NCBI GenBank assembly: GCA_964631685.1
Contig: CAZVZU010000009.1
Span: 1-64,000 of the forward strand
Reading direction: 5' to 3'
DNA length: 64,000 bases
Source of the DNA: an uncultured Actinomycetes bacterium
GTDB taxonomy: Bacteria > SZUA-79 > Acidulodesulfobacterales > Acidulodesulfobacteraceae
The notes under the pieces were generated by a model. That model worked only from the letters and a program-made list of their open reading frames with translations. It had not been told where the DNA came from and ran no database searches. A program made the translations under genes and the position numbers. Shown one piece after another: positions 59,739-64,000 of the stretch. How positions within the stretch are numbered: position 1 is the stretch's first letter; each line of letters begins with the position of its first letter.

Positions 59739-59975
59739 TCAATCTTGTCCCGGAAGAGTAAGATAGCTTCCTCCAGCATACCCATAAATCAGCTTACCAT
59801 CGTCCATTATTTCCTTTAATACACCCTTAATATCACTCTTGGATAAGCCGACATCTGCAAAATCTCTTTCCATCTCCTTAACTATATCTATGGGCTTAAA
59901 TCTTTTTTTGCCGTCGTATTCCTTAACAAGCCCAATGATCTGGTCTTTTAATTTACTCTTTGTCTCGTCGGTCAT
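59739..59975 (-). CDS. dsrD: DsrD-like winged-helix protein (divergent)
   Basis: 78 aa directly after dsrB; KKRFK..D, IK..LKE..DDGKL.Y pattern. Confidence 0.75.
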   Translation of the reverse strand: MTDETKSKLKDQIIGLVKEYDGKKRFKPIDIVKEMERDFADVGLSKSDIKGVLKEIMDDGKLIYGYAGGSYLTLPGQD

Positions 59976-60061
59976 AACATTTACCTCTTATGTTTTTAAT
60001 TTTACAATGACCCGCCTAATTAACACAGCACTTCCATCGTATTCTTCCTATTTAAGATAAT

Positions 60062-60101
60062 GGCATTCATCTCAACGATGAAAATCATCAAGATGAATGC
60101 C
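60062..60101 (-). other. Long intercistronic hairpin after dsrB
   Basis: GGCATTCATCT-TGATGAT-TTTC-ATCGTTG-AGATGAATGCC, an 18-bp stem when G-U pairs are allowed on the minus strand. Confidence 0.7.
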
Positions 60102-60112
60102 TAATAAAACTA

Positions 60113-61198
60113 TTAAAGCCTTATATGTGACGAATAATTCATTGTAGTTTCGGCAAGTCTAAAGTCATCGACATGGTATTTTGTAAACTCAAATCCTGTT
60201 ATATTAAAGAACTTAGGCCAACCAATCCTGTCTATCCATTCCGCGATCCTTTCTCCGGGCTCTGCTCCCTTTTTATAAGCATCTAATATGGTTTTCACCG
60301 CTTCAACCACTTGAGGCCATCTAGGCGGGTCATTAGGAATAAAAGAAACAGCTAATTTTGAAAAGGTAGGTTTTGTTCTAGCATTTGACACTTTACCGCC
60401 AACCCATATAGAAAGCCCGTCAGTTCCGGGATCCGCGATCGGCATCGCAGGGCATACAGTATAGCAACTTCCACAAAACACGCAGGTTTCTTCGTTTACT
60501 CTCAGCGTCTGTTTGCCGTCTTGAGTATCAGGTCTTATGGAATTTGTCGGACAAGCTGAAATAGTGCTGGGTATCTCACATAAGTTTAAAAGTCTTTCCT
60601 GGTTTATTTTAGGTGGCTTTCTGTGTGTTCCGAGTATTGCAATGTCGGACGATGCCACAGAACCGCACATATTCAGACAACATGCGAAAGCGATTCTTAC
60701 CTTTGCCGGTAATTTCTCTTCGATAAAGTATTCATACACTTCATCCATTATGGACTTTACGACGCCTGATGCATCACTTGCAGATGTATGGCAGTGCACC
60801 CACCCTTGAGTATGAACTATGTTTGCAATGACATTTCCTATGCCCCCAACGGTCAAACCTAATTTAGCAACATCCTGCTTAAGAGGTTCAATATTTTTCT
60901 CGTTCTCAAATAAAAACTCAACATTATTTCTCGTGGTAAATCTTAAAAAACCATCGCAATATTTATCTGCTATATCACATAAATCCCTGACAAAACTGCC
61001 ACTTACTAATCTCGGGGAACCGACCCTTACTGTATATAGTTTATCGCCACTTTCCGCAGTATGGACCATGGTTCCTGCATCCAAAATTTCATGGTATGCC
61101 CATTTACCGTAATTATTCTTGACAATAGGCGGCAAATAATCATGAAAATCATGCGGACCGATATCTGTCAATCTTGTCTTTTTAACCTCTTCCGGCAT
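60113..61198 (-). CDS. dsrB: Dissimilatory sulfite reductase beta subunit
   Basis: [39 protein letters not shown]....ACPT, PPRWP, ERI.EWI.RIGW. Confidence 0.98.
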   Translation of the reverse strand: MPEEVKKTRLTDIGPHDFHDYLPPIVKNNYGKWAYHEILDAGTMVHTAESGDKLYTVRVGSPRLVSGSFVRDLCDIADKYCDGFLRFTTRNNVEFLFENEKNIEPLKQDVAKLGLTVGGIGNVIANIVHTQGWVHCHTSASDASGVVKSIMDEVYEYFIEEKLPAKVRIAFACCLNMCGSVASSDIAILGTHRKPPKINQERLLNLCEIPSTISACPTNSIRPDTQDGKQTLRVNEETCVFCGSCYTVCPAMPIADPGTDGLSIWVGGKVSNARTKPTFSKLAVSFIPNDPPRWPQVVEAVKTILDAYKKGAEPGERIAEWIDRIGWPKFFNITGFEFTKYHVDDFRLAETTMNYSSHIRL

Positions 61199-61300
61199 AA
61201 CAACCTCCAAATATTTTATATGACAATTTTAATTAAATAAATAAGATTAAAATATAATAATTATAATCTAACATTGATAAAATAAATCAATCTTCAACGC

Positions 61301-62482
61301 TTATTCATCATCGAATTTTATAAACGGATTGCTTCTCGGATGTCCAACCATTTCCGGTGTAGGCTCCAGTCCAATGCCTTCTAAGAACGTAATAATTCCC
61401 ACTCTCTGCATGAGCTCTCCGATTCTTTCTCTCGTGACGCCGTATTCATCCCAGAAATCCCATATATTGCTTATTAACCCTTTCAGCCATTCATAATCAT
61501 TTTTACTGTCTTCCAAAACATCATAAAACGGGATAAGCATCATGCCCATTCTTGGGCCGGTTACCAACGGAGCCTTAGCGCCCAACAAAATAGACGCGCC
61601 TTTCTGGTCTCCTGACCTAAGCGCCTTTGGCATCTTGTTTATGCAATGCATACACTTAACGCAATTAGAATCATCAATGACCAATTTTTCTCCCTCGAAC
61701 TGCATACACTTCGCGGGACATTTGTCTAAAACGTATTTCTGGACATTAAAATCATTTACGCAATTCTTTACCTCGTCCTGATTGATTTTTATGTTATCCT
61801 TCCATGTTCCGATGAATGCCATATCAGATCTTGAAGCTGCCGCAACACAATCGTTTGCGCAACCAGAAAATTTAAATTTAAATTTGTAGTTAAAAAGTGG
61901 CCTGTGCATCTCATCTTGATACGCCTGTGTCAAATCATAACAAATTTGCATAGTATCATAGTTAGCAAACTCACATCTTGCCTGCCCTAAGCAGCATGAC
62001 GGAGTTCTTAGATCGGAACCACCACCACCTAAATCAAATCCCAGCTCGGCATATTTCTGAAAGGCTTCTTCTGCCTCTGCCTGATAAACGCCCAACACTT
62101 GAATATCTCCGGTGGAACCGTGTAGGTTTAACAACCCGCCACCGTGCTCCTCGGCAATGCTAGCTATCTTTCTGAGAACATCAGAATTGTAAAAAAAACC
62201 GGACACCTGATTAAGTCTCATGGAATGACATTCTTTAACACCCGGGTACTTATCTGGGTACTCTGTAAACCTGCCGACCATTCCGGCTCCGTATCCTTTA
62301 ACCCCTGCCATACCCCCATGTTTCCAATGAGTAATCTTATCTCTATAGGAGTTCTCTACTTGTCCCAAAAGATCTTCTGTCCTTTCACTTTTTTCCGCCG
62401 CTCTTTCGATTTCTCTAACAAAACTTACCCACTTCCCTTTTTTTAGTTCGTCAAGAAGCGGGGTTTCATGTTTTCTACCCAT
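61301..62482 (-). CDS. dsrA: Dissimilatory sulfite reductase alpha subunit
   Basis: TPLLDEL, THWKHGG, HGSTGD, RTPSCCLGQARC, YKFKFKFSGCANDC, CVKCMHCIN, RERIGE, PRSNP. Confidence 0.98.
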   Translation of the reverse strand: MGRKHETPLLDELKKGKWVSFVREIERAAEKSERTEDLLGQVENSYRDKITHWKHGGMAGVKGYGAGMVGRFTEYPDKYPGVKECHSMRLNQVSGFFYNSDVLRKIASIAEEHGGGLLNLHGSTGDIQVLGVYQAEAEEAFQKYAELGFDLGGGGSDLRTPSCCLGQARCEFANYDTMQICYDLTQAYQDEMHRPLFNYKFKFKFSGCANDCVAAASRSDMAFIGTWKDNIKINQDEVKNCVNDFNVQKYVLDKCPAKCMQFEGEKLVIDDSNCVKCMHCINKMPKALRSGDQKGASILLGAKAPLVTGPRMGMMLIPFYDVLEDSKNDYEWLKGLISNIWDFWDEYGVTRERIGELMQRVGIITFLEGIGLEPTPEMVGHPRSNPFIKFDDE

Positions 62483-62662
62483 AAAACCTCCTTAAAAAAA
62501 TAAAAATTAAAAGACATTTAACGCACTCAGCTTTAAATAATCCCCCCTCAATAAATCTTACTGCAACGATATAAACTCACATTTCTTTACGTGCAGAATC
62601 GAAATACAGAGGCTTGTTTTATGTAGTTCCATACAGACTGACAAACCGAATATACCACTCTT

Positions 62663-62692
62663 TATATAATCCTTTTATTCATATATTGTCAA
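62663..62692 (-). promoter_or_regulatory. Putative sigma70-type promoter of dsrA
   Basis: TTGACA followed after 17-18 nt by TTATATA, about 180 nt upstream of dsrA. Confidence 0.45.
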
Positions 62693-62719
62693 GAAAAAAA
62701 TGTCTTAGTAATAAAAAAA

Positions 62720-64000
62720 CTAACATTGTTTTATCTTTGAAGAATTCTTTTTTACCTGCCTAACAAACGATATCCAATTCTTAAACCAACTTGGCGCTGC
62801 AGGTGAAAATATATGGGTATAACTTGCGAGCATATTCTTATAAACAATGCAGTCGCTTACACCATTGACCCCAAATCCCTTCTCTATGTCAAAAGCAAAA
62901 TTTATACTATTTGAAGGTGCAATCGCCAAATATGAATGATGAAATTCGTGACCCTTTATAGATTTAATTCTACCGAACCACTGCTGGCTATTTTTATCAT
63001 AAAGGGTAGATAACAATTTTGTATAACCGTGCCCCTTGGGTTTCTTCGTCCATTTTACATCAACATCTATTGCCCCTACCATTTGACGCGTGACATCGCC
63101 GTAGGAAATACTCCTGCAGAGATATACTAGTCCGCCGCATTCCGCATAAACCGGAAGGCCTATTTCTATTTTTTCCTTTATCTCTTTTCTTAAATTCTCG
63201 TTTGCCTCTAAATCTTTGCAAAAAATCTCGGGGAATCCCCCTCCGATGTATAAAGCATCAACATCGGGAAGATTGTCGTCCTTAATCGGAGAAAACCTGA
63301 CAATATCGCAACCTAACCCTTCAAGCGCTTCAATATTCTCGTTATAGTAAAAATTAAACGCACCGTCATATGCGAGTCCAACCCTTATCTTTTTTCTAGT
63401 CCTACCAAGCATTATTTTTTTTGGTGGCAAGATTACATCGTGCAGAATTGTATCGGTATTTCCCTTAGATTTGGCATTTTTTTCAGCTAAATTTATTATG
63501 CCGTCTAGGTCAATAAAATCTGAAATCTTACGGGATATATCCGAAATAAGACTTTCGATATCTCCGCCTGCCAACGTCGACAGTAAACCGAGATGTCTCT
63601 GTTTTATTGATAATTCCGGATCATTGGGAATATGACCGACAACTTTTAAGTCAGTATAGTAATTAATTGCATTTATAAGATTTTTTTCATGTCTTTTGCT
63701 ATGAACCCTGTTAAGTATCACACCTTTTATATTTACATCTTTATCAAAATCTTCAAACCCCTTAAGAATCGGCGCAACCCCTCTATTTAGTTCCGCGACA
63801 TCCACCACAAGTACCACTGGAAGATTTAAAAGCTTTGCCAAAGATGCATTAGAAAACTTACCTCGGATATCAAAAGAATCATGCAACCCATGATTACCTT
63901 CAACAATACTTATATCGGAATTAAGCGAATGCTCCAAAAAGTGTCTTTTAATTTTACTTTTAGACATAAAATAAAAATCCAGACTGTAACAGTTCTTACC
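62720..64000 (-). CDS. dsrN: Cobyrinate a,c-diamide synthase-like siroheme amidase DsrN, 5-prime end outside the window
   Basis: VEGNHGL.D, GVILN, RHLGL, AFNFYY.EN, GGGFPE, YAECGGL, GHEFH, SYTH. The frame stays open to the window edge; gene is adjacent to dsrA. Confidence 0.88.
   Translation of the reverse strand, partial: GKNCYSLDFYFMSKSKIKRHFLEHSLNSDISIVEGNHGLHDSFDIRGKFSNASLAKLLNLPVVLVVDVAELNRGVAPILKGFEDFDKDVNIKGVILNRVHSKRHEKNLINAINYYTDLKVVGHIPNDPELSIKQRHLGLLSTLAGGDIESLISDISRKISDFIDLDGIINLAEKNAKSKGNTDTILHDVILPPKKIMLGRTRKKIRVGLAYDGAFNFYYNENIEALEGLGCDIVRFSPIKDDNLPDVDALYIGGGFPEIFCKDLEANENLRKEIKEKIEIGLPVYAECGGLVYLCRSISYGDVTRQMVGAIDVDVKWTKKPKGHGYTKLLSTLYDKNSQQWFGRIKSIKGHEFHHSYLAIAPSNSINFAFDIEKGFGVNGVSDCIVYKNMLASYTHIFSPAAPSWFKNWISFVRQVKKNSSKIKQC

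Noticed and set aside
2599..62446. Many antisense or alternative-frame ORFs of 60-240 aa (e.g. 10331-11044, 42839-43504, 7934-8470)
   Set aside because: They lie wholly opposite or within well-supported genes, have no recognisable motifs, and look like codon-bias shadows.
62483..62660. 24-codon uORF (MELHKTSLC...) in the dsrA leader
   Set aside because: No RBS before its ATG and no associated alternative helices recognised.

Overview
AT-rich bacterial core-genome window, almost all on the minus strand, with no CRISPR array, transposase, integrase or phage gene visible. Left to right: (i) the eroded end of a surface-glycan region with two SAM methyltransferases, the first frameshifted in a G8 tract; (ii) a HI0933 flavoprotein, tRNA-Lys(CTT), and a cobalamin-riboswitch-controlled NiCoT transporter plus CbiX chelatase; (iii) a complete dcw cluster (mraZ to ftsZ) with MraZ operator repeats; (iv) an icd-ccsA-ccsB-ccl-glpX run, i.e. 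two-step citryl-CoA citrate cleavage of the reductive TCA cycle; (v) alaC-hom-thrC-apgM, lipA and tadA; (vi) an NRAMP-related, probably Mg2+, transporter preceded by an unannotated 32-codon leader peptide (MRSEPDSSS...) embedded in mutually exclusive RNA helices; (vii) a ~21 kb dissimilatory sulfur supercluster dsrN-dsrAB-dsrD-dsrL-dsrC/tusE-dsrMK-dsrEFH-sat-aprBA-qmoABC-hppA. The sulfur cluster mixes markers of reduction (dsrD) and oxidation (dsrEFH) and has altered key motifs in DsrC, DsrL and AprA. Gene content and composition resemble acidophilic Ca. Acidulodesulfobacterales (inference from memory, no search run). The best candidate for an undescribed system is the leader-peptide attenuator upstream of the Mg transporter. 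All calls are from motif recognition by eye.
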